NCBI GenBank assembly: GCA_044226625.1
Contig: JBGAGQ010000013.1
Coordinates: 1 to 64,000 of the forward strand
From: Thermoanaerobaculia bacterium
Lineage (GTDB): Bacteria > Acidobacteriota > Thermoanaerobaculia > Multivoradales > UBA5704
Length of the DNA: 64,000 nucleotides
Direction of reading: 5' to 3'
This document shows, piece after piece, positions 9,115-18,292 of this stretch. Position 1 is the first letter of the stretch; each line of letters begins with the position of its first letter. The notes beneath the pieces were generated by a model. That model searched no databases. It was not told the origin of the DNA and saw only the letters and a list, made by a program, of their open reading frames with translations. Both the position numbers and the translations under genes were made by a program.

Positions 9115-9522
9115 CTACTCGGTCTGCACGGAGCGAACGACGATTCCCTGGACGCGGTGGATCGGCTTGGAGAGTTTTTCCGTCGTGATGAGCTCCGACG
9201 CCTTCCCGGTAATGGCCGCTGCGACGTGCAGTGCGTCCATGGCTGCTAACCCGTACGTCTCGGCTTGCATCGCTGCCAGCTGAATCAGTTCCGTGTTGGG
9301 TTCGATCCAGACTGTCGCGACGGCAAAGAAGGCCCGGTAGAACTCAGCTTCTCTCTCGCGTCGGTGAAAGCTTGCTTTGGGAAGAACTTCGAGGCTAAGG
9401 AAGGGGCTCGCAACGAACGCGCGGTCGGGATCGTCGAGGATTGCCCGTGCCGGGATCGTGCGCTTCACGTCGCCAGCATAGGCTGAAATCAATACCCCGG
9501 CGTCGAGGTAGGTGAGGATCAG
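9115..9522 (-). CDS. PIN-domain (VapC-like) toxin
   Basis: ILTYLDAGVLI..SLEVLPK..AAMDALHVAAA..LITTE acidic PIN motifs; start inferred at CTG 9522 overlapping the antitoxin TGA. Confidence 0.85.
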   Translation of the reverse strand: MILTYLDAGVLISAYAGDVKRTIPARAILDDPDRAFVASPFLSLEVLPKASFHRREREAEFYRAFFAVATVWIEPNTELIQLAAMQAETYGLAAMDALHVAAAITGKASELITTEKLSKPIHRVQGIVVRSVQTE

Positions 9523-9722
9523 GCGTTCTCTCCCGAGCCCCCGCGGCGCTCGGCCACTTCTCGTTCGATACCTTGCCAGTCGAGGAGCTCACCGCCGGAC
9601 TCGATGTGCGCACGTCGAAGCTCTACGAGCTTTCGTCCTAGCGGCGTACGGGGAACGTACGCTTTGAGCTCGGCGAGTGCCTCGGCTCTGGGGTCTTCGA
9701 GCTTCTTCGCGGCGGCGCCCAT
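9519..9722 (-). CDS. Putative antitoxin paired with the PIN toxin
   Basis: 67 aa (PRTPLGRKLVELRRAHIESGGELLDWQGIEREVAERRGG) immediately upstream with a 4-nt overlap. Confidence 0.7.
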   Translation of the reverse strand: MGAAAKKLEDPRAEALAELKAYVPRTPLGRKLVELRRAHIESGGELLDWQGIEREVAERRGGSGENA

Positions 9723-9896
9723 GGTGAGGCGAATCGTAGCATGCCGCATACGTCGCCGAGGTCGACGGATTCTCCCGATGGCGAGTTGGCCCGGAGATCG
9801 CCGTTCGTGAATTCAGTCCGCGAATTGTGCTCTTAAAACGCCTTCTCCTTCGAGGAAGGGAAACTCCGATATTCGTCTGGAGAAGGATGAAGGATT

Positions 9897-9972
<76 letters not shown>

Positions 9973-10047
9973 ACGCGGCGGCGGAGCATATCGGCGCCGA
10001 GGGAAGGGTGTCAAACCCGATCTGGGTGGACGACGACCGGGCGGGAG

Positions 10048-11157
10048 CTACAGCCGCTCGGCGAGCGCGGCGTGGAGGCGGTCCAATCCCTCGCCGGTCG
10101 CGGCGGAGATCCAGAGCTCGCCGGGGCCGGGCTCTTCCTCGGGGGCCAGGCGGTCTCGCTTGTTGAACACCTTGAGGATCTTTTCCGGCTCGACGCCGAG
10201 ATCCGCGAGGACCGCGTCGGCGACCTCCATCTGCTCTTGCCAGCGCGGGTGGCTGCGGTCGATCAGGTGGATCACCAGATCGGCCGCGGCGGCCTCGCCG
10301 AGCGTGCTGCGGAACGACGAGACGAGATGGTGGGGGAGCTTGCGGATGAAGCCGACGGTATCCGCGTAGACCACCGGCCCGGCGCCGTCGACGATGCCGC
10401 GGCGGAGCTTCGCGTCGAGGGTCGCGAACAGCCGGTCCTCGGCGAGGGTGCCGGCCTTCGTCAAGCGGTTGAACAGCGTCGATTTGCCGGCGTTGGTATA
10501 GCCGGTGAGCGCGATCTCCGGGACCTTCGAGCGGCCGCGCCGCTGGACTTCGCGGGTGCGCTCGATCTGCTTCAAATCCGCCTCGAGATGCTTGATCCGG
10601 CCGCGCAGCAGCCGGCGGTCCGCCTCGAGCTGCTTTTCGCCTTCGCCGCCGCGCGTTCCGCGCCCGCCGCCCTGCCGAGAAAGGTGGCTCCATTGGCGGG
10701 TGAGGCGCGGAAGCAGGTACTTCGAGCGGGCGAGCTCGACCTGGGTTCGCGCCTCGCTCGTGCGGGCTCGCTGGTTGAAGATCTCCAGGATCACGCCGCT
10801 GCGGTCGAAGATCGGCATCTCGGCCAGCTCTTCGAGGTTCTTCACCTGGCTCGGCGAGAGGTCGTCGTCGAACACCAGCATCGCGGCGCCCAACGCGCGC
10901 GCCCGTTCGGCGATCTCCTTGGCCTTGCCGCTGCCGATGAAAGTGGCGGCTTCGAGCACTTTGCGCGCCTGCACGGCGCGGCCGACCACCTCCACCCCGG
11001 CGCTTCCGACCAGCTGCTCGAGCTCGTCGAGATGCTCCTCGACCACGAACGCCGGCTGGGAGGGCAGGGCGACCCCGACCAGGAAGGCTTTTTCGGAGGT
11101 GGAAAGCGGCGTGCCGGCGACGGAATTCGGGCGATAGAATGAAGCGGCGGTGCTCAA
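10048..11157 (-). CDS. hflX: GTPase HflX
   Basis: FIGSGK, ILEIFNQRA, QVELA, GEKQLEADRR, GYTNAGKSTL, LFATLD, DTVGFI, NKRD. Confidence 0.96.
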   Translation of the reverse strand: MSTAASFYRPNSVAGTPLSTSEKAFLVGVALPSQPAFVVEEHLDELEQLVGSAGVEVVGRAVQARKVLEAATFIGSGKAKEIAERARALGAAMLVFDDDLSPSQVKNLEELAEMPIFDRSGVILEIFNQRARTSEARTQVELARSKYLLPRLTRQWSHLSRQGGGRGTRGGEGEKQLEADRRLLRGRIKHLEADLKQIERTREVQRRGRSKVPEIALTGYTNAGKSTLFNRLTKAGTLAEDRLFATLDAKLRRGIVDGAGPVVYADTVGFIRKLPHHLVSSFRSTLGEAAAADLVIHLIDRSHPRWQEQMEVADAVLADLGVEPEKILKVFNKRDRLAPEEEPGPGELWISAATGEGLDRLHAALAERL

Positions 11158-11178
11158 GGGGTTCGAGGTCCTCTACTC

Positions 11179-11739
11179 ATGGTGACAGGAAACGGCTCGG
11201 AGGTTCAACCGTCCGGCGCCCCCTCGCCCTCCCCGGCGCCGCGGGGCGGACACGACGCGCGGTGGTGGGTTCTGGTTCTCGTGGTCGCGGCCGCGGCAGC
11301 CCTGTTCTGGCCGAAGGGGGAGACGCAACAGGCCTCGGCGCCCGGCGGCTTCTTGGTCGACGCCCAAGGGCGACCCGCCAAGGTCGGCGACCGGATGGCC
11401 GAGGTCACCCTGGTTCACTTCTGGGCGACGTGGTGTCCGCCGTGCGTCCAGGAGATCCCGGAGCTTCAAGCTTTCCGCCGGGACTTCGCCGACCGCCACA
11501 ATTTCAAGGTCGTGATGATCGCCGTCGCGGACGATCCGGAAAAGGCCCGCGAGTTCCTGGGGGGAGCCCCGGACGATTCGCTCCTCTTCGATCCGAATTG
11601 GGACGTCGCCCACCGCTACGGCAGCAGCCAGATCCCGGAGAGCTACCTGGTGGTCGACGGCAAGGTCGTGGAGAAGTTCGTGGGCGCCACCCGTTGGAGC
11701 GACCCGGCGATCCGCAAGAAGATCACCGACCGGCTCTGA
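11179..11739 (+). CDS. TlpA-family disulfide reductase
   Basis: N-terminal TM anchor; FWATWCPPCVQEIP; IPESY. Confidence 0.92.
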   Translation: MVTGNGSEVQPSGAPSPSPAPRGGHDARWWVLVLVVAAAAALFWPKGETQQASAPGGFLVDAQGRPAKVGDRMAEVTLVHFWATWCPPCVQEIPELQAFRRDFADRHNFKVVMIAVADDPEKAREFLGGAPDDSLLFDPNWDVAHRYGSSQIPESYLVVDGKVVEKFVGATRWSDPAIRKKITDRL

Positions 11740-11749
11740 GTCTCCGGCC

Positions 11750-12355
11750 TTAGAAGTGCACCGCCAGCCCCACCTGGGCGGAAGCGAAATACTGAAGGTC
11801 GTCGAGGTCCGCGTAGTGCCCGGCGATCTCGCCGACCACGCCGAAATGCCGGTTGAAGGTGAACTCGCCCGTGGCACCGACCGAGATGCCCGCGGCCGTC
11901 TTGCTCGATCCGCCGGAGCCTTCGAGGCGATAGCCGCCGAGGGCGACGAAGACCCCCGAGTCGTAATAGGACTGCCGGGTCCGGTACTCGCCGCCGACCG
12001 TGACGTACTGCAGCTTCGGCTCGAAAAGGCCGTTCAGCCGCTCGCCCGTGTCGGTGAGCTCGCTCTGGCCGATGCGGATCCCGACCTGGGTCCGGGCGTC
12101 GGTTTCGAAGAGCAGGTTCAACTGCACGGTCTGGCGGTCGAAGCTGGAGCTGTCGGTGTCGGGCGATCCGCCGAAGCCGCCGAGCACGCCGACGGTGAAC
12201 GTGTAGAGTTCCTGGGCCTCGGCTCGGGCGCCGGACAGAGCGCTCCACCCGGCGACCAGGGCCGCTACGATCAGGGCGGTGCGCAGGGACCGACCGATCC
12301 GGCCGGCGATGACGGCAAAGGCGGCAGGGACAGAATGACCGAGCTCTGGCTTCAA
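11750..12355 (-). CDS. Outer-membrane beta-barrel protein
   Basis: AGGAGG RBS before TTG 12355; signal peptide ending AEAQ; amphipathic strands; C-terminal VGLAVHF. Confidence 0.75.
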   Translation of the reverse strand: MKPELGHSVPAAFAVIAGRIGRSLRTALIVAALVAGWSALSGARAEAQELYTFTVGVLGGFGGSPDTDSSSFDRQTVQLNLLFETDARTQVGIRIGQSELTDTGERLNGLFEPKLQYVTVGGEYRTRQSYYDSGVFVALGGYRLEGSGGSSKTAAGISVGATGEFTFNRHFGVVGEIAGHYADLDDLQYFASAQVGLAVHF

Positions 12356-12462
12356 GAATCCTCCTCGATGAACCGCGCCGTCCAGGCGCCGACGATCTCG
12401 CCCCCCGCGGGGCGTCGCAAGGAGGAAGTATAACGTTCCCTCCCCGCTCGGGGACCGATCCC

Positions 12463-13140
12463 TTGTACGCGTCTCGCGCGCTCGCCGTCGCGCGCAGGGC
12501 GGCGGGTGGGCTCCTCCGCGCCCTGTTTCCGGTCGCCTGCCTGGGGTGCCAGAGAGCGCTTTCCGGAGAGGAGCCGCTCCATCTCTGCCCGGCTTGTCGC
12601 GCGCGCCTCCGCCCGGCACCGCCGTCGGTCGGCGACCGACCTTCCGATCTCGCGATCCGATCGCTCTGGCGGTACGAGCCCCCTCTCGACGGGGTGATTC
12701 TCGCGCTCAAGTTCCGCCGGCTCGACTATCTGGGCCGCCATCTCGCGGAGGAGCTGGCCGCGGCTCTCGGCGCCGCTCTTCAATCGGCCGACCTGCTGGT
12801 GCCGGTGCCCCTCCACTGGACCCGTCGCGTCGCCCGCGGATTCGATCAGTCGGAGCGCATCGCGACCCCGCTCGGCGCCCGCTTGGGCGTGCCGGTGGTC
12901 CCCGCTCTCCGCCGCAAGCGCCCGACCCGCGCGCAGGCGCGTCTCGGCCGCGCCGCCCGGCAGACGAACCTCGGGGGCGCGTTCCGGGTCGTGCGGGCTC
13001 CCGAGATCGCCGGCCGTCGGGTGCTGCTCGTCGACGACGTCGCGACGACCGGCGCGACGCTCCGAGCGGCCTCCGCGGCGCTCTACGACGCGGGGGCGGA
13101 CGAGGTCGCCGCGGTCACCGTCGCGCGGACCCCGCCCTGA
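12463..13140 (+). CDS. comF: ComF family phosphoribosyltransferase-like protein
   Basis: CxxC..CxxC zinc ribbon, VPVPLHW..RGFDQS, VLLVDDVATTGATL. Confidence 0.88.
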   Translation: MYASRALAVARRAAGGLLRALFPVACLGCQRALSGEEPLHLCPACRARLRPAPPSVGDRPSDLAIRSLWRYEPPLDGVILALKFRRLDYLGRHLAEELAAALGAALQSADLLVPVPLHWTRRVARGFDQSERIATPLGARLGVPVVPALRRKRPTRAQARLGRAARQTNLGGAFRVVRAPEIAGRRVLLVDDVATTGATLRAASAALYDAGADEVAAVTVARTPP

Positions 13141-13319
13141 TTTCCGACCGCATGAGATCGAACGGGATCGTGCGAAAGCGCCCCCGGCGGCCCGGCCTCG
13201 AGCGCTCGAGCGGACGCGAAAGGACGGCCCGGAGGGACCCGGGCCCGGAGGTATGGGATGGGTGGTTTGACGACCGCGACAGGGAGGTCTAGACTCCGCC
13301 ACACGTAGGGGCAGACGAA

Positions 13320-15296
13320 ATGACCGCGAGAAAGAGCCTTCGGGGGATCGCGGCCGCCATCCTGGTCATGGCGCTGGCCCCTGGTGTGGCTGGCGTGGCT
13401 CGAGCCCAGGCGCATGGGGCCGTCGCCGGCCGGGTGATGGGACCGAGCGACCCGCTGGGCGCGGCGGCGGTCTACGCCTATCAGGTGGTCGACCGCAGCC
13501 TGCACAAGGTGGCGACCGATCTCCAGGGAAACTTCCGCTTCGACCAGCTCCCTGCGGGCGTCTACAACATCATCGCCCACCGCATCGGTTTCGTCCCGGG
13601 AGTCGTGCGTCTGACCCGCTCCACGGCCGAGGCCTATCAGTTCCTCGAAATCCAGCTGGCTCGTCAGGCGTCCGCCGGCGGCGCGGCGGGGCAGGCGGCC
13701 GACTTCTGGAGCCTCCGATCGAGGATTCCGGCCGACGTCCTTCGCGACATCGAGGGCGATCGCCTTGCCGCGACAGCCCGCCCCGCTCCGATCGCCGACG
13801 GCGGCCGGACGGCGGTGGCGGCGAACTTCGCCAACTTCAAGACGGAGCTCGAGGCATTGTCCGGAGTCGATTCGAATTCCGAATCGCAGCTCAAGGGCGG
13901 CCAGGTCGACGTCGAGGGGCGTTTGGGCAAGCTCAAGGTCGATCTCTCCGGTCGGCTGCTCCAGCTCGCGAGCGACGCGGACAGCTCGCAGAGCTTCACC
14001 GACGGCGAGGTTCGAGCGCTCTCTCTCGCGGTCGGCAACGGCACCTCGAACCGGATCTCGGTCACCTCGTTGACCAACCGGCTGAGCGGGCGCCCTGGCA
14101 ACGGCGACTTCCCCCCGGGGCGCGACGACTCGCTGGCGGTCTCGCCGGTCGACTTCGAAAACTACCGCGTGAGCTGGTCCCAAGATCACGGCAAGAGCGG
14201 CCGGTCGGACTTCGCGGCCCAGTACACCAGCGAGAGCAACTTCCACCGGGTCGGCTTGTTCGATCCGCCCGACATCCCCGAGGCCTCCCGCGCCTGGCTT
14301 TTCGAGGGGAGCTATACGGCGGCGCTGGGGGACAACGGTTCGATCCAGGCCGGTCTGCGCTACCGCGAACGGCAGTCCGAGCTGCCCGGTTTCGGCCGCA
14401 GCGCGGAGCTCGACGAGGCGAACCGTTCGAACGTCGACCTGTTCGGCCAGGGAGGGCTGCGGGTGAGCCCGGCGGTCCTCGTCGAGTACGGCATGTTCTC
14501 GACGTTGCGCGACGGTTCGGTGGCCCTGACTCCGAAGGGTGGCGTGGTCGTCCAGCTCGGCTCGCTCTGGCAGGCCGAGACTTCGTTCAGCCGCCGGGTG
14601 TTCCAGAACGCCCAAGATCCGCGCACGGATTTCCTGCCGGTGTTGATGCGCTCCGCCGATTTCTGCGAGCAGGGCGGCGAGTCGTGCTACTCGCTGACCT
14701 TCACGAGGAAGAAGGGGGACGACGAGAAGATCTCCCTCGGCGCGGCAGCCCGCACCATCACGGAGACGTCGAGGCTCTATTTCAGCGAGGACCTCCTTGA
14801 TCGGGAAGAGAGCCTCTACCTCGTGCGCGGCGACCGCCTGCCGGAAGTCCAGTTCGAGCTGCAGCACCGGCTCTCGCCGCGGATCGTTTCGAAGCTCTCG
14901 TCGAGCGTCGCGTCGGGGGGTGGAGGCATCTTCTACGCCACCGATCGCAAGCACTACGAGAACCGGCTGAGCTACGCGGTCACTTCGCTCGACACGCGGT
15001 TCGAGGCGACCGAGACCGGCGTCTTCCTCGCCTTCCACAAGCTGGCGCAGGAGCTCGACCCGGTTCGGCGCACCGCCAAGAGCGGGAGCTCCGAGGCGGA
15101 GTTCGAGAAGCTCCGCCTGGTGGTGTCGCAGAATCTGAACGTGTTGATCGACCTCGGCACCGACTGGATCGTGCGTCTCGACCTCGAGGTGAGCCGGGGC
15201 GCCGAAGTGGCCCGGCAATCGGGCGCCGCCACCACCTCCCGAGGCGACGACGAGCTGCGCAAGCGCTTCGTCGGCGGCTTCGCCGTACGCTTCTAG
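13320..15296 (+). CDS. Secreted/outer-membrane protein with carboxypeptidase-regulatory-like N-domain and beta-barrel-like C-terminal region
   Basis: Signal peptide; TDLQGNFRFDQLPAGVYNI; strand-rich body; C-terminal GFAVRF. Confidence 0.7.
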   Translation: MTARKSLRGIAAAILVMALAPGVAGVARAQAHGAVAGRVMGPSDPLGAAAVYAYQVVDRSLHKVATDLQGNFRFDQLPAGVYNIIAHRIGFVPGVVRLTRSTAEAYQFLEIQLARQASAGGAAGQAADFWSLRSRIPADVLRDIEGDRLAATARPAPIADGGRTAVAANFANFKTELEALSGVDSNSESQLKGGQVDVEGRLGKLKVDLSGRLLQLASDADSSQSFTDGEVRALSLAVGNGTSNRISVTSLTNRLSGRPGNGDFPPGRDDSLAVSPVDFENYRVSWSQDHGKSGRSDFAAQYTSESNFHRVGLFDPPDIPEASRAWLFEGSYTAALGDNGSIQAGLRYRERQSELPGFGRSAELDEANRSNVDLFGQGGLRVSPAVLVEYGMFSTLRDGSVALTPKGGVVVQLGSLWQAETSFSRRVFQNAQDPRTDFLPVLMRSADFCEQGGESCYSLTFTRKKGDDEKISLGAAARTITETSRLYFSEDLLDREESLYLVRGDRLPEVQFELQHRLSPRIVSKLSSSVASGGGGIFYATDRKHYENRLSYAVTSLDTRFEATETGVFLAFHKLAQELDPVRRTAKSGSSEAEFEKLRLVVSQNLNVLIDLGTDWIVRLDLEVSRGAEVARQSGAATTSRGDDELRKRFVGGFAVRF

Positions 15297-15459
15297 CTCC
15301 CCTTTTCCGGTCGCTCGAAGGGCCCGGCCGCGTCCGCGGTGGGGAGAGCCTCGAATTCGTTGAATTCAAATTCCCGAATGACATCCGGGCGTTTGGAGGT
15401 TCGCGCCGAAAAGTGCTTGTAGACACGGCACTTCCAGGCGATTCAAATTTTCGTGCCGG

Positions 15460-15475
15460 TGGCATGAAACCTGCT
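15460..15475 (+). promoter_or_regulatory. Sigma54 (-24/-12) promoter upstream of the kinase-regulator operon
   Basis: TGGCATGAAACCTGCT fits GG-N10-GC and ends 33 nt before ATG 15509. Confidence 0.6.
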
Positions 15476-15508
15476 GATTTCGCTGGCCGTCGTTCGAAGG
15501 CTTTCTGA

Positions 15509-18292
15509 ATGAAACGTCTCGGTGGAGCCCGCCTTGCCCTAGCCCTTCTGCTCGCCGCGTTCGTCGCGGTGATCGGGGGGACGAGCTTCCAGCGTCGCGC
15601 CGAGACCTTCCAGCCCCTCGGTTTCAACCTCGCCTTCCTCGAAGGAACCCAGCAGGTCGTCGAGGTGACCGATCCGGCGACCGGGCTCGAGCCGGGGGAC
15701 CGGGTCGTGCTCGCCAACGGCGAAGCCGTCCAGAGCCCGGAGGGATTGCGGCGGGCGCTCATCGGCCGGCCGGCGAGCGCCCTCGTGGTCGAGCGCCAAG
15801 GGCGGATCGAGCAGATCTCCTACCGCCGACCGCCGTTCGACCTCGACACGCCGTATCTGATCCTCGCCCTCACCGGCGCCGCGTACCTGCTGATCGGCCT
15901 CTACACCCTGATCCGCCAGCGCGAGCGGCATAGCTACCTGTTCTATCTCTGGTGTCTGGTCTCGGCCGGGTTCTACCTCCTGTCGCCGCTGATGCCGCCG
16001 ATCGACCGGCTCGATCGGGCGATCTACGTCTTCGACGAGCTCGCGCGGCTCTTCCTGGCGCCGCTGACCGTCCATCTGTTCCTTACCTTCCCCTCGCCGC
16101 TCCGTCCGGCGCGCTGGCGGGAAGGGCGCCTCCTGCCTTTCCTCTACCTGCCGGCGGCTCTGCTCGCGACGCTCCAGTTCGACGTGATCTTCCGGCGTCC
16201 GAGCGCGGGGGCGATCTGGGTGCTCGACCGCCTCGATCTCGCCCATCTGCTCGGCGCCGCGATCGCCGCGATCGCGCTGCTCGCCTGGCGCATCGCGCGC
16301 GGCCGCGACCTCGAGGGACAGCGCCAGGTGCGTTGGATCGCGTTCGGTCTAGCGGGGGGATACCTGCCGTTCCTCGCGCTCTACGCGGTGCCGTACCTGT
16401 TCGGCCTCCGCGCGAACGAGACATGGAACGCGCTCGCGGTCCTCCCTCTCGCGCTCGTTCCCCTCACCTTCGCCTACGCGATCCTGCGCTACAAGCTCTG
16501 GGACATCGAGGCGATCGTGCGCGACGCGCTGTCGTTGACGCTCACGCTGCTGCTCGGGGCGATCGGCTTTTCGCTGATCAACCTCGGCATCAACCGAGGG
16601 CTTGCGCCGGAGCTCGGCGCGGCGCGCAACCTGCTCTCGTTCGTCGCGGGAGTCGGGATCGCGGCGCTCCTGGTGCCCACCCGGCGCACGATGTCGACCC
16701 TGCTGGAACGGGTGCAGTACGGCGGCTCGTTCCGCCAGCGCCGGGCGCTCGCGAGCTTCGGCCGCGAGCTGCTCCACGAGCGCGATCTCGCCGCCCTCTG
16801 CCGCCGGTTGCTGTTCGAGATCCAGCAGAGCCTCGACTTGTCGCAGGCGAACCTCTACCTTGCCCAGGGCGCCGTGCTCGAGCTGTTCGGCGCCGAGCCG
16901 AACCTGCCGCTCCGGCTGCCGTTCGATGCGCTGGGCGACGAGACCTGGAGCGCGGCCTGCCGGCGTCTGTCGCCGATCGCCCTGCCCTCCGAGGTGCCGC
17001 CGAGCGAGCAGGTCCTGTTCGTCGCGGGCTACCGGTACGCGCTCCCGCTGTCGGTTCGCGGCAGCCGGGTCGGTCTCGTGCTCGCGAGCTACAAAGCCGA
17101 CGGCAGCGCGCTGTCCGCCGAGGATCTCGATTTGGTCCGCCACCTCCTCGACCAGGCCGCGCTCGCGATCGAGAACGCGCAGCTGGTCGACCAACTGAGC
17201 GACCGCCTGAGCGAGGTCGAGCGCCTGGAGCGTTACAGCGCGGGGATCTTCGAATCGTCGCCGGCCGCGATCGTGGTCCTCGACCCGGACTTCCGGATCG
17301 TGTCGGCGAACCTCGCTTTCTCGCTGCTCGTCGAAAGCGCGCCGGCCGCGCTGCGCGGACGGGAGCTCCGCGAGGTCCTGGGTGTCGGGTTGCCCGTTGC
17401 CGGCCGGGGTCTCCTCGAGGTCGACTGGTGCGATCCGAACGGCACGACGCGCCACCTCCAGCTCTCGCTCGCGGAATTTCTCGGCGATCCCACTCGGCGC
17501 CTCCAGGTGCTGGTGATCCACGACGTCTCGGAGCGGGTCGCCATGGAGCGGGCGCTCCGCGAGCAGGACCGTCTCGCCGCGCTGGGCCTGCTCGCCGCGG
17601 GCGTCGCGCACGAGGTCAACACGCCGATCGCCGGGATCTCGAGCTACGCCCAGATGCTGCTCGACGATACGCCGAAGGGAAATCCCCACCGGGAGATCCT
17701 CGAAAAGATGGAGCGCCAGACGTTCCGCGCCGCCCGCATCGTCAACAACCTTCTCGAGTTCGCCCGCAAGCGGCCGAGCGAGCGCGGGCCGGTCGACCTC
17801 GCGGCGCTGATCACCGAGACGCTCGACCTGCTCGCCGATCGGTTCGCCAAACGGCGGATCGCGATCGACTGGCAGTCCGGCGGAACCCCGGCGATGGTCG
17901 ACGGCTGCGACGGCGAGCTGCAGCAGATCTTCACCAACCTGTTCCTGAACGCGCTCGACGCGATGTCTCCGCGCGGGAACGGGCGGCTCACGGTAAGGCT
18001 GCTGCCGGAGGGCGAACGGCTCGTCGCCGAGGTCGCCGACGACGGTCCGGGCATCGCGCCGGAGCATCTCGGCAGGATCTTCGAGCCGCTGTTTTCGACC
18101 AAGCTCGGCTCCGGCGGTACCGGCCTTGGGCTCTCGATCAGCGCGGACATCGCCGCGCGCCACGGGGGCCGGATCACCGTCGAGAGTCGTCCCGAGGAGC
18201 GTCCGGGAGCGATCTTCCGTGTCGAGCTCCCTCGGCTGCCGGCGGTCGCGGCGGCCGATGACCGGCGCGAGGAGCACGTCCCTCTCGCATGA
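15509..18292 (+). CDS. Membrane sensor histidine kinase (PDZ-like, multi-TM, GAF, PAS, HisKA, HATPase)
   Basis: GLEPGDRVV PDZ-like segment; AGVAHEVNTP H-box; NLFLNALDAM, DDGPGI, GTGLGLSI. Confidence 0.93.
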   Translation: MKRLGGARLALALLLAAFVAVIGGTSFQRRAETFQPLGFNLAFLEGTQQVVEVTDPATGLEPGDRVVLANGEAVQSPEGLRRALIGRPASALVVERQGRIEQISYRRPPFDLDTPYLILALTGAAYLLIGLYTLIRQRERHSYLFYLWCLVSAGFYLLSPLMPPIDRLDRAIYVFDELARLFLAPLTVHLFLTFPSPLRPARWREGRLLPFLYLPAALLATLQFDVIFRRPSAGAIWVLDRLDLAHLLGAAIAAIALLAWRIARGRDLEGQRQVRWIAFGLAGGYLPFLALYAVPYLFGLRANETWNALAVLPLALVPLTFAYAILRYKLWDIEAIVRDALSLTLTLLLGAIGFSLINLGINRGLAPELGAARNLLSFVAGVGIAALLVPTRRTMSTLLERVQYGGSFRQRRALASFGRELLHERDLAALCRRLLFEIQQSLDLSQANLYLAQGAVLELFGAEPNLPLRLPFDALGDETWSAACRRLSPIALPSEVPPSEQVLFVAGYRYALPLSVRGSRVGLVLASYKADGSALSAEDLDLVRHLLDQAALAIENAQLVDQLSDRLSEVERLERYSAGIFESSPAAIVVLDPDFRIVSANLAFSLLVESAPAALRGRELREVLGVGLPVAGRGLLEVDWCDPNGTTRHLQLSLAEFLGDPTRRLQVLVIHDVSERVAMERALREQDRLAALGLLAAGVAHEVNTPIAGISSYAQMLLDDTPKGNPHREILEKMERQTFRAARIVNNLLEFARKRPSERGPVDLAALITETLDLLADRFAKRRIAIDWQSGGTPAMVDGCDGELQQIFTNLFLNALDAMSPRGNGRLTVRLLPEGERLVAEVADDGPGIAPEHLGRIFEPLFSTKLGSGGTGLGLSISADIAARHGGRITVESRPEERPGAIFRVELPRLPAVAAADDRREEHVPLA

